Below are positions 1-14,977 of a stretch of 64,000 nucleotides of DNA, in pieces. The DNA comes from Chrysomallon squamiferum (taxonomy: Eukaryota; Animalia; Mollusca): assembly GCA_012295275.1 (NCBI GenBank), contig CM022671.1:3224001-3288000 (forward strand). Direction: 5' to 3'. Both the position numbers and the translations under genes were made by a program. The notes below the pieces were generated by a model. It was not told the DNA's origin. It was given only the letters and a program-made list of their open reading frames with translations, and searched no databases. How positions within the stretch are numbered: the first letter of the stretch is position 1; each line of letters starts with the position of its first letter.

Positions 1-818
1 AAAACATACAAATAATTAGTAAACGTACTACCAGAATGCAATCAGTTATTCTTTTTTTTTCTGAGTAACATGCAAGGGTCTTTTATCATGAACAAAATAC
101 ATTTCTGCGTCTTTAATATGTTGGTCACTGTGTATTAGCTACACCAAGGAACCGCCTATAGGAACATGAATGAAGACAGATTTGACAACGAACGATTGAA
201 CAGAAATAACATCAAAAATGATTCTTTAACAATAGTTATATACGAGGTTACATAAATAAAAAATAAGGAAATCTTTAATTTGCACATTGAAGTTTACACT
301 TTACAATTAAAAAAGCCCCCCAAAACCACACAAATCTAATTTGTTTACGTAAATATATTTGTTGGACACTCTTTTTTTCACTTTTTGTTTTTTTGTTGAA
401 TTTAAACAAAATATAAAACAAAATATTATTTCAGTAAATTTTTATTGCAATGGATGTACATTGCATCAGGACTAATTATGTCAACAGCATTTCATATTTT
501 ATTTTTATTTCATTACAAACCACATACATTTCAGAAAAATTAATTTAAAAACGGAATCAGCTAGTTTATTATTGAAAAAAAAATATATATATAATAATTT
601 CATCTAACTAAATGATAATTTTCACAAATATTTCTGGTTTAACTTAGATCACTGAAATATTTTTATGTTATTGTTCTCTAGTTTGGAAGACACACATTGT
701 TTCACCTTCATTCTTTTATATTATATTTATTTATTCATACAGCACTTCCATGTGTTCGATTTTATTGCAGATTTGCTAAGTATTCTCATAGAAAACAATA
801 TCTGGACAGTTTTTAAAT

Positions 819-992
819 CTATCTTTTTGGAAATTTGGGTTTAGTCTGCAGTCTCCTCAAAGCCCTTTTGTGTCTGGTTTTGTAAGCCTGAAAAGGGAAA
901 AAGAAAGAAAATTAATATCGAAACGGATTGAGGCAACTCTTTCTTGGATATTCATTACACCAGTAAAGTAAACTGACACACACACAAACACA

Positions 993-1024
<32 letters not shown>

Positions 1025-4000
1025 CACACACACGTGCCCTCAGGAATGATTTGATATCTTGATTTTCAGTTTCAGATACTAAAAGTTACTAGTAAGGAGG
1101 ATAAACTGATGATAAATGTTTGCATTAAATGTCTTGAGCTTACTTCTACTAATTCTGGCCTCTTTGCTCTCCACTGTCTGACGACGTCTTCATAGTTTGA
1201 AGGCCGAAGAAAATATTTGACACCCTCTGTAAACATAAAATAGTAAAATAAAAATCATGTAATTAAAATACATAAGGATAACTAATACAGACACTGTTCT
1301 GAGGGATAAATTAAGTTTTTCTACACATAATATTAAATGGTAAGGAGGAATCTTTTAGTTGCTTTCCTTTTAATTCTTTTAAAAACATCTTAAAGCTTAT
1401 TTCATAATAATGAAGTTATTAAAATGTACTTGTGATGTAGTTTTATGATTAAAAAGTTTAACAAGATCACAAAGATGTCCGTGTTCTTTTTACTGTAACA
1501 ATATTTCACAAACAGGAATAGATAAATAAATGTGAAACAGTAAATCTCTGCAAATATATATACATGTAGATGGATGGATGGATGGACAGATAGACAGAAC
1601 AATCCTCAGTGTTTTTTTGTCTGCTTTCTCTGTGAGATTACTTGTATAAAATATCCTCCTCATTGTACTTGCACAGAGTTATTTAACTCATTTTTTATTA
1701 TTATTCAGTAACAACTAGATGATGCATCAAACAAAACAAAATAAATTAAAAGTAATTAAGCTAAAAAAATTTATACAAAAATTACCACTGTTACCGTAAG
1801 ACAAGATTACAAGTCATAGATTGTACCATTAATATATTACTAAAATTATGAAGCTTTTTTTTTTTTTAAATATTTTAAAAACAGAAATTAAAACCTTTTA
1901 GCCTCTCATCATCAGCAGTGAAGAAAAATGTCCTCTTTTTGCCAGGAATGACGACTCCAGGTGTGATTGGCTTGACCTCTGTAGCCAATTTGTCCTGTCT
2001 AAACATATTTTTAAAAAAAACAATAAAAAAAATAAAATAAAATTACATTTATTAATTACCAATATCAAATATTTCATAACTTGTAACAGTTTTTTTTATA
2101 AGTACATTTCAATATGCAACACAATGTTTAATATGCGCTTTTGATTTTAAGTTCCCATGGCTACGAATTGACTAATCTGTCTACTAATAAACTAAAAAAA
2201 CTACTATTATTAATGAATTCCTAAAAGTTGTCAAGCGATAACATATCTCTGAATAAAAAATTTCTTGCACTACTAAGTCAGTTATACAAAACATTTTAAC
2301 ATCAAGTAAAATGAACAGGAACAAATTTAAAAATCCCTTTTAAATAATTTTAATAATAATTTGTTTTCAAATATTTCTAAGTAATATTTTTTACACACAA
2401 ATAAACATATTTTATAAAGATAATTGTTAAGAATGGAAAACTGTTATCACATTTCCATTGACAACTCTGGTTGGTTACAAGAATGACAGAACAAAGTTTG
2501 ACCTTTGACACACTAACAAGAAATAACAAAAAGGACCAGCATTGGACAGACATCTGAGGTAAATGCAGTAATACATGGCTGCAAACCAGTTTAATATTAA
2601 AAAGCACATCTTACCCTTCTTCATTAACATCTGAATCCAAATCTACATCACTGTCATGTTTCCATGGCAACTGAGGCATGCCAGGTTTTACAGAAAAGTC
2701 TGAAAAAAAGAGAGAAGTGCATTATAATTAATAAGTATCAAATTTTTAAGAATGGATATTGTCTGCTATGGGTTGTTAACACAAAAATTATTTAAACAAA
2801 TTTACAAGAGTAGTAGTGATCAGTAATAGAATGAAATATTTTTAATTTAAATGTATTATGTAACATCTAATAAACTACTACAAACCACAGCAGTAAATAC
2901 AACAGCAGTAACTGCAACATCCCTAATAACAATCAGTAGTATTATTATTAAATGTTATGTAGAGTATGTCATTAAATAAAACACTTTATTACTAAAAACA
3001 GAAACCGATTATTTTTCAAATGAACAATATTCTGTTTAACAATAAGGAAAAACAACAATTCTAAATATATCAGTATACACGTTAAAAATAACTATTGTTT
3101 TTAACTGACCTTCTTCATCAGAAGACGCTGATTCGTTTTTTCCAGTTCCAAATGCAGATAGAAGAGAAAATGTTTCTTTGCTCTGTGAGTCTGTCTTTTT
3201 AAAAGCATTTTTCAAAGTATCAGAAACTTCAAAATACTTTGTTTTGTCCACTTCAGGTAAACCTGTGTCTGCTGCTTCCTGTTCATCCTTTTTGCCTTTT
3301 TTCTTCTGTCTGTAATAAATAAATCAAATAATAAAGTATAAAAAAAAATCAAAAATCAAATATCAAAAATCAAAACAAATTAAAAATCAAATAACTGGAA
3401 TCTGAATATAACTGGATTTTATGCAGCTTTTTGTATTTTAAAACTGCATATTTTTGTTGCTTAAATAGACAAACAATAATTGAAAAAAAAAATGAAAAAA
3501 AAAACCCAGATGAAAATATCAGTATCAGAAATAAGTTATTTGAGAATTTGTACAACTATACTCTTATGTAAAACAGTAAAAATGTTATTATTTATTAGTT
3601 TCAATGATGTTAAATATGTGAAACTAAAGAAGAAACAGTTTATTTATAATAACAAATGATAAAAGGTGACCCTCCCTTCACAAAAAATAACAGATTTGAA
3701 AAACCAACCATTTAGAGTTTTATCAACCTATCACTCATTGATACAACCAACTTATTGACATTCATTTCTGTAAAGTCTTGATTTATATAATCACTACTAA
3801 GTTCAGCATCATTTATGGGACATAATATAAAATAATCCATTAACTTAGTCTTCTAAAATCTTTTCAGTTGCTATATTCTTTATATTTCTTGTTTCAAACA
3901 GTGAGCAAACTTTGGTTTTTCATGGAAAGCAACAGATGCCACCATCTTTGTTTTTCCCAGTAATCCCCCCAAAAATTCATATAACAAACAAATTAAATAA

Positions 4001-7000
4001 TAAACACTTCACTTACTTTTTAGAACTGGTCTCAGTTTTTGAACTGTCAACATCAGATCTCTTGATTTCAAACTGTGAGTGGTCTTCACGTGTTGGGTCA
4101 AATCTGATGGAAGCAATATCTCTGAAAATAAAATAAAAAAATGAATAAAAATAAATATTTATTATCTTTTACCATTTTTGTTTTTGTGATTGTGATTAAA
4201 AATTACATCTGAAAATAATGAATTTTTCAATGGCAGTAACATGAAATTGCATTTAATGCAAGTAAAATAAATTATTCTAAATGGTGGATTCATTTTGAGA
4301 GTGTTATTAAATGTTTTATTTACTTGAACTGTTTCTTTTTGTAATCCTGTTTCTGGAGGTGTGCCATTTTTTCACTTCCAACCACAGATTCAAGAATTTT
4401 TAAATTTCGTGTTTTCTCACCCTCTTCCATCTTCACCTCTTCACCTTGACAAAAAATTGAAATTGTTATTAAAATTAATATCATTACCACCAACTCAAAA
4501 CTATGATATCTTAGAACTTCTAAAAATCTCTGTGATCTGAATCAGTTAAAAAAAAAACCTATCTCAATTACACCATTATGTAATAATTAAATAATAATAT
4601 AAATATTTTAAAATATTTTGTGAAGTCTTAAATAGAATCTACACAATAAATAAATGAATATTCATTTACCAAAGCCTCAATATATCATTTTTAAAGACAC
4701 AGTCTAAAAAAGTTTACTCCAATGATTTAGTTAACAACCTTATTGCTTTTGTATGCATATTCACAATGTTATAACAAACTTGAAAACGAAAAAAAAACCC
4801 CCAAAATCAAGGATACAGAAAATAAAATAAACATACTGATGTCTTCATCTTCATCAGTGTCAGCAAATCTTTGATCAAGTCGAAATCTCTCATCAGCTCC
4901 AATACGTGACTGCAGAGCCAACAGCTGAATTAAAACAAAAATCATTTTTTTATATAAATCAAGTTACAGCTGAATCAACCTAAACACAGTTTGCATACTT
5001 TGATGTGATTAACCTTTATTAACAATGAAGCATGACAAAGATGTTTCTTTAAAAGCTGAGACAAAAAGTCAGATTTAATATACATTTTGTTTCTTTTAAA
5101 ATTTATTTGTTTTCCTTTATGAGACCAAAAATAAAACATATAATTTAAATGTGCACAAAAAAGGTATAACTACACACACACACAGACAAAAAGTCAGATG
5201 TAATGCATTAACTCTAATTTTTACTACAGATTTAAAATAAAAATAATATCTAAATGATGACTGATAAATAAACTTCTTTACAAAGTTGTACCTTGCCTCC
5301 AGACTTCCCCTCAAACTGCTGTTTCAGATGAAACCTGTCTCCATCTTCTTCTTCTTCACTTTCATCAGTACTGTCAAATAATGTTGGTGCTGTCTTTGTT
5401 GTCTAAAACAAAACAATGAAATAACTAACACAAACATAAACAGAGTCATAAACAATTATCTTTGTAAAGGAAATGAATATATTGTAACTGATCATATTTA
5501 TGCCAGTTCAGAATTTTAATAACCTTTTCTTCAATCAAAACATGTAGATTATTTACTTATCAACAATAATGGGAAAATAAAGTGTGATATAAAGTTTAGG
5601 ATAAATATAATGCAAATAATTGTTTAGGTTTCTCATCTTCACTTGGCTGAAGGTCAAATTGTAAAACTAAAGCAAATTTGTTCATAAATTTTTTTTTTTC
5701 AATAAAATTTAAATTTACTAATACAATATTAAAAAAATGCATAAATGACATTAAAGATGACTGAAATTTAGAAAAAAGCATTCACTTCATTCTTGGTATC
5801 AGATTCTTGTGAATCAGCCATGGCAGAATGATTGTAATCATTATCATCATCATCAGAATCAAAGACAATCTTCTTATTCGATGAAGATACACCATCCTGT
5901 TTGAAGTTAGAAAATAAAAATGAAGAACTATCAACTTGTACAGTAAAATGTTTAATTCAGACATCATCAAATTTTAAGTCATTTCAAACAGTGAAGTAAT
6001 GATTAAATTATGGGAATAAAACAATGGACATATTAGTAAACAAACTTACCACACTTGACAAAGCTTTTTTCAGTATTGCTTTCTTCATTCTGTTCTCTTT
6101 TTCTCTTTCTTTCACTGACAGTAATCTCTTCATGTTGTCATAAGCATGCTTCTTCTCAGCCGATACTGTGTTACTCTTCTTTAGCTGTATTCTATCAGCA
6201 TCTGCCTCCTTTGATGACTGCATGGTGTCAACTGTGGATGCTAAAATTTTGTCACTTGATGGCTGTAAGGACGTCCTAGATTTTCTGTCTGATGTTACAA
6301 ATGTATTGTTTTTGTTCACTTTGCTGACGAATGTCAAATCAGGTTTCTTTAAAGATGTCACGTAGTTGTTTGTAGGCGTCAAACACTTATCTGTTGTATT
6401 TGGTGTGTCTGAAGACATCTTGTTTACCTGTTTACCTGTAACAACACCTTTAACAAAGGATTCTTCACTGAGAGAAGCACCTGATGACAAACCATCATCA
6501 GTTGCTTGGTGCTTTGCCAAAGGGTTTGGGGTACTGGACATAATTTTCAATTTAGTTCTTGCTACAAGTTTTGAGAGATTTTCAAAGTCATCATCATCAT
6601 CATCATCCTTATTACCTGTGTCCTGCCTTCTCTGAGGTAAAGATAAATCTCCATCAATGATTGAAAAACCGGTTGAATATTCATCCATTGGGTTCCATGA
6701 CTGCTCCAATTTATCTTTACTACATTTGACCTGAGATTTTACATTATTTCTAGTTCTGTTAATGCTTGAAACGACTTCATCAGTGTCTTGAGAACTCAGT
6801 GAATCTGTTTCTGAAGACTCTGAATCTTCATGTCCTTTTGTCATTGATTTCTGACCGCTTTTCACATCCTGTTGTTTAATTTTTCCCAGCAACTTATTAC
6901 CTTTGCTGTATGAAGTTGCCAACTTTGTGTCAGTTTGGAATTTGGTGTTCAGTGTTTTAGTTTTACCTGAAGAAAGATCTCTGATGTTATTATCCTTACC

Positions 7001-9965
7001 CAACATGGCCAATCCTTTGAATGATTTATTTTTGATACAGTCTAAAGAATTATCATTGCTGTCACTATCACTACTCAGCATGGACAAACCTCCAAATGAC
7101 CTGTGGCCAGATTTGTTGTCCAGTTCTTTCCCGTCAGGTGAAGAATCATCACTGGTTTCACTGTCACTGCTCAGTATGGATAAACCTTTAAACTCTGGAA
7201 CACTTCGCTCATCTTGTTCACTACTGTCTGAACTTTCCATTGAATTTTTATCTTTAACATTACTCGAACTATTAAAACCAGATGAAAATGAATTGTTATT
7301 ATCAGCAGATGAAAAAGTTGTCAAACTAGCTATATCATTTTTAATAATAAAAGTTTTTGAACATTTCATTTGTTTACTTGATAAAGAATCATGCCCATTA
7401 CTGTTTTTTCTCTTTGAACTTTCTGACATTTTTCCTTTTAATACTGTTTTAGCATTTCTGTGATCTTCCAGTGTATCAGATTCCTCTGTATCTGATTCAT
7501 CAGTCAAACCAGATGAATCGGAACTATATTTATTTTTCTTGCTGAAATTTTCTGAACCTCTTTTATTTGATTTAGAGTCTATGGTCTTTTTAAAAGATTC
7601 CGATATCTTGGCTGGAGAATTCTGGGTAATTTGTTTACTTGAGTTGTTATAACTGGTAGTGCTCGTGTCAATGTCATTAAACATGGTTGATGACACAGGT
7701 GAGACATGTTTTGAGTAGGTTTTGTTTTTAGGAAGTTTACTTGCAATAATTTCATCAGTGTCTGCAGAACCTGCTGTATCATCATCATCATCATCATCAT
7801 GGACATCATCTCCACTTTTACAAGATGACTTTACAATTTCAAATTCATCTGAATCTGAATCATTATCAACTCCATTTTGTGACTGTTCAAATTTTCTGTC
7901 ATAAAACTTCTTTAAAATTAAATAATTGTCATCATTAGTATGTTTCCTTTTTTTGGCACCCATGAGGATTCAAAATTTCCCTTTTGTTTCTTTGTTACTT
8001 CACTGTCAGTGTGATTTATCTCCCATGTGAGATTAGCTGGACTGACATCAACAATGTCACTGTCCTTCAGTTTCTTCAGGTTGTGACAAAGTTTTGATGG
8101 ATCAGCAGTAACAACCTAGCAGAAAATATCAAATCAGTTTATCAATAAAATTTGAAACAAAAATATTTGTAAATGTTTAAGACAAGATAATATACTTTTA
8201 ACAATCAAAACAATATTATGTGTCTGCTTAGTGAGGAGTTAAAATCATTAAATATTTGACCTTCTGCACAATTCTTGGTGTCAGCATCTACTAAGAAGTA
8301 GCTTTATCTCAGTCATCTTCTAAAAGGTTAATTTTTCTGACACATTAAATTGTTCTTCAGCTGACTTCTGCACCTATCAAAAATTAACAAAATTACACAA
8401 TGTTTACTTAACAATAGGAATAATTTTTTATCAAACCTTTTGTGTGCCAGACTTCTTTAAATGAAGTATAGGAAGAATTCGACCGTATTTCCCTACAACC
8501 CAATCCTGAAATTTAAAAACAAGTATTATTATTTGATTCTACAAAATACATTCATTGTCTAAATTTCAGTTTGTTAGAATAAAATCAAAATAAAGATAGT
8601 GAAAAAACAAAATAATGAATTTATTATTTTCAAAATAAATAAATTAAAAAGTAACTTCTTTAACTAGTTCATATTAAGAACACCAATAAGATATTAAGAA
8701 CATCTGAACTCAAAATCACAAAGTTAATATATTATCCTACAAAAGAAAGCTTTCATTAACATATTTGACAGAATAACTATCCTGGACTGTACATATGATT
8801 AAAATACATTTGCACATTTCCTCTGGTCAGTAAGTATAAGTGTTTGAAGAAATTCTGGATTCAAAATATTTCCAACTGGTGTAACTGTTTGACATGGTCA
8901 CTCAAATTTACCATTTTAACTAAATTATTATTGGCAAAGGTTTTAAACTAAGCTGTACAATATTAACATTAAACTTACTTTTTCTCCAGGTATTGGTGTA
9001 CCTGGCACTGCTCCTCTCATCTCAAAAGTGTTGGGATTTGGCAGATTTTCTAAAGGGTTATGGAGATGCGAGTTCTTTGTGGTTTGTAGAGATGAATCGT
9101 CATTTTCTTTCTGCTGCTGTTCTTCTTTTAACCTGAATATCAGTAAATACTCTAGACTGATTAAATAAATTAAATTGCAGCACACTGATCATATCAACAT
9201 ACAATCAGAAATGTTATCACATTTTAACATTTCAGACATTTTTGTAAAGAATTTTAAAAGTTCATTACATAGACACAAACTGACTAACATGACGTCTTCA
9301 TTATTGTATGAAACAGAATTGACGAAACATGACAAAACATTGTAAAAAAAAGAAGCAGTATGATTGTTATACTATTATAAATTATAAATATGAAAGAACT
9401 TCTTCTTTAAAAACTATACTCAGTATGTTACTTTTCAAGAAAACTTGGTTTTGCCAGTTCCAACTTCAGTTCATATCCCTTCCATTTTGTGTGATTAAAA
9501 GTACTCATACCTGAAATATATTTTTAAAATAAATAAATTATATTTACATGTGAAACAGAGAATTATTTGTTACACTTCTATACTACAGAAAAGTAAATTA
9601 TTTAACATAGTGAACAAATGAATATTTACTTTAATCACACCTCAGAAAACTTTTTGATGTCAGTTTTATCATCTGACAAGAATTTAGGAGAAAGGTACAC
9701 AGAGCTTAGTCTTATTGTTTAATGAAACAGGAGACATCCTTATAATCACATCAAAGAAATTCAAAACATACATTTCTTCCAGTTTGCTTCAGTGGACAGG
9801 AAATCAATATATGCAAATGTTTTCTCTGGAGCACCTAAAAATAAAATATACTATCAACCATATTTTTCCATTTTAAATTAATTAAAACCATTACAAAAAA
9901 CAATTTTCATTAATCCCATTATAACAGCACTTAAAACAGATGTCCATTTTAATTATAAAAGAATA

Positions 9966-10052
<87 letters not shown>

Positions 10053-10226
10053 AGGTAGTTGATTGTTGTTGGTTTTTTTACCATTTTCATTCTTTCTAAC
10101 TTTTATTTCAACACTGGAAACTTCTCCAAATTTTGAAAACTTATCAGTAAGATCACTGACTGTTATGGTGGGGAAAAGTCCTCCAACATGCACTCGTCGT
10201 TTCTGAATTTCTGTCACTTCACCCAT
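819..10226 (-). CDS. NOL8: Nucleolar protein 8 (N-terminal RRM), multi-exon, with an apparent 1-nt frameshift at 7948-7954
   Basis: Approximate exons: 10082-10226, 9772-9834, 9432-9510, 8979-9132, 8437-8506, 6049-8115, 5786-5896, 5292-5402, 4837-4924, 4324-4444, 4017-4121, 3110-3309, 2615-2699, 1875-1997, 1144-1226, 819-887. The spliced translation gives an RRM (RVHVGGL...KFSKFGEVSSVEI; CMSTFNHTKWKGYELKLELAKPSFL) and the motifs GAVPGTPIPGEKDWVVGKYGRILPILHL, DPSKLCHNLKKL, KKIVFDSDD, RFHLKQQFEGKSGGKLLALQSRIGADERFRLDQRF and IRFDPTREDH, all matching NOL8 as recalled. Stop TAG at 819-821. Confidence 0.93.
975..1033. repeat. Compound (CA)n/(CACG)n microsatellite in a NOL8 intron
   Basis: Directly visible acacac...gcacgcac...acacac run. 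Confidence 0.95.
9970..10047. repeat. (GA)n microsatellite in a NOL8 intron
   Basis: Directly visible; it produces the spurious SLSLSL tail of ORF 9891..10226. Confidence 0.97.
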
Positions 10227-10929
10227 GGCTGATCATAAGTCAAGAAATGCTAAAATTATCTGAAAATTTATATTATCAAGATTATTCTATTTATTTGTAC
10301 ACAGTAAAAACTACAAAATTGTAATATGACACTGTAATCACTTTATTAAATTGTGAAATGTTTGTTATGAAACATTCTATTAATTTCTATACACTATATA
10401 GTTACACAGTTTACGACAGCTTGAACATTTATAATTTTATTAATATTTGAATATATAAAAAAATAATAATAACAATACAATTTGATTGATTTAGCCAATA
10501 TAAAAAATCAAAAATCAATTACATTCGATTTAAAACGTGATAAATTGATAAATTTTATGAATTAAATATAATATTATCGTTCACCATAATTTATCATAAC
10601 ATTATATTATAAAATATAAATCATTAAATGATAATTCATTATTAATAGTATTAATTCATTGATCAATGACTGGGACTAAAGTATGTATTATTAATTTTAC
10701 TTTCTTAAGTTTAACGTTTTGAAGACTGTTACTCAACTTAGTGTTAAAGGACTTAATGAAGTTAAATATAATCATAATGTTTATCATAATATCATTTATC
10801 ATTTTATGATAATCATAATGTTATTAATAATATTATGATAATCATAATCATAATGTTATTAATAATATTATGATATATTATTAATAATGATAACAGAAAT
10901 ATGACTTAGTGAATAACTGACATTCGTTC

Positions 10930-11400
10930 AGCTCTACCTAGTGATTTTCAAACTGCATTATAATATCATTTTCCGAACATGACAACTTTTCATTTTAGTA
11001 TTTAACAGCTTTCATGAAACTACCACACGTGTTATAAGAAAACAGGAAGTTTTCGAAATAAATAGTTATTTAATTTCCTCCAATGTATGAGGAGCATTGA
11101 TAAAGAACACTTAAAATAGGACGAGGTATTCGAATATTATTCCGTCAACTTTGGCGGTTAATGAAAATAAAGCTTAATAAATATCCTGCGTTTAACTGGA
11201 TAATGTTATTGCAACAAAATCAACACTTCAAATTAAGTATATTATGACTGAAGATGAAACAACTATGTACTAGGCGCCTTTGTTAGTAGCTCAGACCATG
11301 AGATCATCAGAGATGTGGTGCATTACGATTAACTTATTAAGATGATTCGACCATTTTAACCGACATCTGCTTGAGTTGAATTTGTTGTCGATCGCAGGTA
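10930..11400. promoter_or_regulatory. Probable bidirectional promoter and non-coding first exons for NOL8 and CENPP
   Basis: CpG-richer stretch between the divergent genes. It contains an E-box CACGTG (~11025), an ETS-like CAGGAAGT (~11043), a candidate minus-strand donor near 10937 and a plus-strand donor (cgcag|gtattt) near 11398. Confidence 0.55.
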
Positions 11401-12286
11401 TTTTAACAAGCTAATTGATCCTATTAATGGCGCAATATTAATAATTTTGTATATCCCTTTGTGGATCATAAGTTAATCATTTTGTTTTGTAAAAAGATGA
11501 GGGTGCTCTTCTGTAAAATGGAATTTAAACATAAACTAAAGCGTTTTGGCGGGGCATTTTAAGAAATTATAAAGTAAATATAATCATTTTATATATTTAT
11601 AATTTAATAATTTGAGCTGTATAATTGTTCTGTTTTTTATTAAAATAAAGCGAGTATTTGAATAACTTGCTTTCATTTATCATTTTTTTACGCATCTCCA
11701 AAAGATTTATCTTAGACTTAAGATATTGAATTGATCTGACAGTTTCTCTGCTGTCACAGTGTCAGTGTACTGAGTGACTTAGAATACCGATCGTGCATTT
11801 GAACTAGTTAAAAATATATTCATGTGCATTTTTTTTTTTTTTTCTTTCTGTTATTATTATTATTATTATTATTTAATTGTTTATTTATAATATTTATTTA
11901 TGTTTGACATTCATTGACACAGCGTTGTTATTTTGATTTCTGAAGATATTGCCAGTGACATTAATACGAATTTATTGTAATTGGACAAATACCGTCACAA
12001 ATTATGTCAGAAAATACATCTAATCAGAGGATTTCATTATTTAGGTATTACTACAGCTAATATGTATATAATTCTGTAGGGAAAACAAATATTATAATTA
12101 ACATTTAATTATACTGGGTTTGTTGTAATACATTATTTACAAACTTCTGTGTTACAAAACTGAAATACCATTTAGTTATCATTTTAAAACATTGCTGTAT
12201 GCTTTGTTTCATTTTATTTATTTTTATCTTATTATTTTTTTTTGAGATATGTAAGGTTGATAGAGAGTAACCGACATAAAACAAAA

Positions 12287-14945
12287 ATGGAGAACACTAA
12301 CATTGATGAACTGAAGGAAAAGTGCCAGAAACAGATTTCTGTGTTAGAAAGTGAAATAGAAGAACTTGAACAACAACTAAATCATTGTGAACATGCAGCT
12401 TTAGGCAAAACAAACCTTGACGCTGAACTCATGAAGTCTGTGTAATCCTTTTTTATTATTTTCCAAATTTCTTATTTTTAGATTGTCAGAATTTAGTGTC
12501 TTCTTTTAATTTTCCATGCTAGGTTTTCGTGTTTCATTCTTTAATTTTAATATATTTCAATAATAAGTTTATAAAATGTAGTCCTGTTTTCATCATGATT
12601 TCTTTATTTTTATTTTTAAAAAGAAAAGAAAGAAAAACATCAACCTTTGGAGATAGCTAAAAACAAAAATTCTGTATTCATAAATACGTAGCAATTTATG
12701 CATGACGTTTCTTTTTATTTTTTTATATAAATGATAAAATATCAGTAAGAAGTGATGTGTTTTTTCAGAAACTCAGAGGTTATATCCAGGTTAGCCAATG
12801 AGAAGTCAGCAGATGAAGTGAAAAATGAAATAGAGGCAATACAAGAAAAGGTTGGTGCAAATTTATGTGAAGTATACCAATGGAATAAGAACAAATAACA
12901 TAAAACATTTTACTTACATTTCCAAATGATTGTTTTTTGTTTGTATTTTAGAATCTAATTTTTATTTTTGATAATGTATGATAATAAATAACTAGATTAT
13001 GTGTTTCTTTTTTTCCTTCATTTAATGTTTTTTTTAATAATTTTTATGTTGTTAATTTTTGCACAGAGAAATTTACAAAAAGACCTGATAGACTGAGGAT
13101 GCAATATTTTGAATGAGTTAATTTACAGTTCTTTTTACATTTCTGTTGGTACTTTTAGCATTGAGGAATCATCTCAAGCTTATTATTTTATCTTTCGAAT
13201 AAACTAGTTGCTTGAAATAGAGTGTCTTGGAAGTGTACAAAGCATATAAATTTGCGCTATAAATGATAATAATAATAAGGTGAAAATTGTAATTTGTGAA
13301 ATGTCATATGACCATCTGACCAGATTGAAGGAATAGAAACATTATAACTGATCTGGTTTTTTTATATATTTTGTTTAGGTGACCAAGAAGTAATTTATAC
13401 CAATTTTTTTTTAGAAGTACTTACATTTAAAAAAAAAAGATATAAATATTAATTAATCTGATTGAAGTTGTGAAATGAAAAGACACAAGTTATGTGTGTG
13501 TATTTTATTTTTTATTTTTTAATTACAGATTGCATTAATGGCAGAAATAACTGGTGTTGTTGTTAATGAAGCAAACTGGAAAATTATTTCAGAAGGTAAC
13601 TTAATAATTTGAACAAAAACATCATTATTTTTATATAATTAAAACCAAATTAACTTTTCTTTCTTCCATTTTGTTTATTAGTCAGATCAAATAGTGAAAG
13701 ATAACGAATGCAATATATAAAATTTATTACAAAAATTGGTTTTAAATATCAGTTTTGTTATTCCATTATGATAATACTGGAGAAGAAACTTACAGTCATC
13801 ACAAATAGTCTATTTTTACTGATTACCAAGTAGTGGTCTTGTTCATGCACTTTTCCATACATGTATCATGACATAAGTGGACAGTGGCTGGAATTAAAAC
13901 TTGTCTGATAGATAATGTGTGTGTGTTTGTGTATTTGTGTGAAGAAACTTACAATCATCACAAATAGTCTATTTTTACTGATTACCAAGTAGTGGTCTTG
14001 TTCATGCACTTTTCTATATGTATTATGATATAAGTGGACAGTGGCTGGAATTAAAACATGTCTGATAGGCATAGTGTGTGTGTTTGTCTGCATTTGTCTG
14101 CATGTGTGTGTTTGCATTTGTGAGTGTGTGACAAAACTAAACACAAAGATTTCAATATGTAGAAAATATGTAATGGACTGTTTTACTGTTTAGAGGGATC
14201 TGTTATTATAAGACAACACACAGTTGAAGGTTCTTTGTACACAACTCCATTCATTCTGCAGTTCACAGTTAAAGAAGACTTTGTAAGTCCTTTTTTTTTA
14301 ACCCCATATTTAAAGTCTTTATTTTAATTAATAGTTGTCTTCCCCTTGCTCAGTAGGCCATTGTTTGTGGTTCACTATGTGTTTTTATATAAAAATGATA
14401 AGTATATTAATGATGAAAATACTGCTGATTTGATGAACTAAAAGTTAGGTGTAAAACATTTTATGATCTGAAAGATACATAAAAGATACATAAAAATAAA
14501 CTAGTTTCTGTTTTACCAGTAAAATGCTTTTTATTATTCTATAATTTAAAATCTTAATGACCAGATAATTAAAGGTTTGTTATAAAACTGTTTTTAAACT
14601 TTGAGGTAGAGACATCTAAAGAAACATGTTAACGCTACATAAATCCATAATTTCCCTTGTTTCTGTTGTAGAAATCATACAGTCAATTTTGTCTGTTGAC
14701 AATTATGTGTTAAATTAATATTTAAAAAATGTTTGTGATACAAAGGCATCCAGTGACAGTGCACCTGAACTTTCAGAACTGGTGTGCATGATTGATGACA
14801 ATGTGGTGAAGTTTCTTGAAAGTCATCTTGACAGGTTTTTATTGTTCTGTATTTTGATCCCTGACAATATTAAAATCTGTTTGTACAATATTAATTTCAA
14901 ATCAGTTATTTTCATAAAGCATTTACTTTAAAATCTTAGAGATAC

Positions 14946-14977
<32 letters not shown>

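Noticed and set aside
6055-7904. Several plus-strand ORFs (6055, 6168, 6366, 6903, 7722) and minus-strand ORF 7579..7815
   Set aside because: They are antisense or alternate-frame shadows of the low-complexity NOL8 exon, with no independent signals.
9640-9757. Possible C/D snoRNA in a NOL8 intron (minus strand tttgatg-tgatta ... ctga-catcaaa)
   Set aside because: Box C is imperfect, the stem geometry is atypical, and I saw no recognisable rRNA guide upstream of box D.
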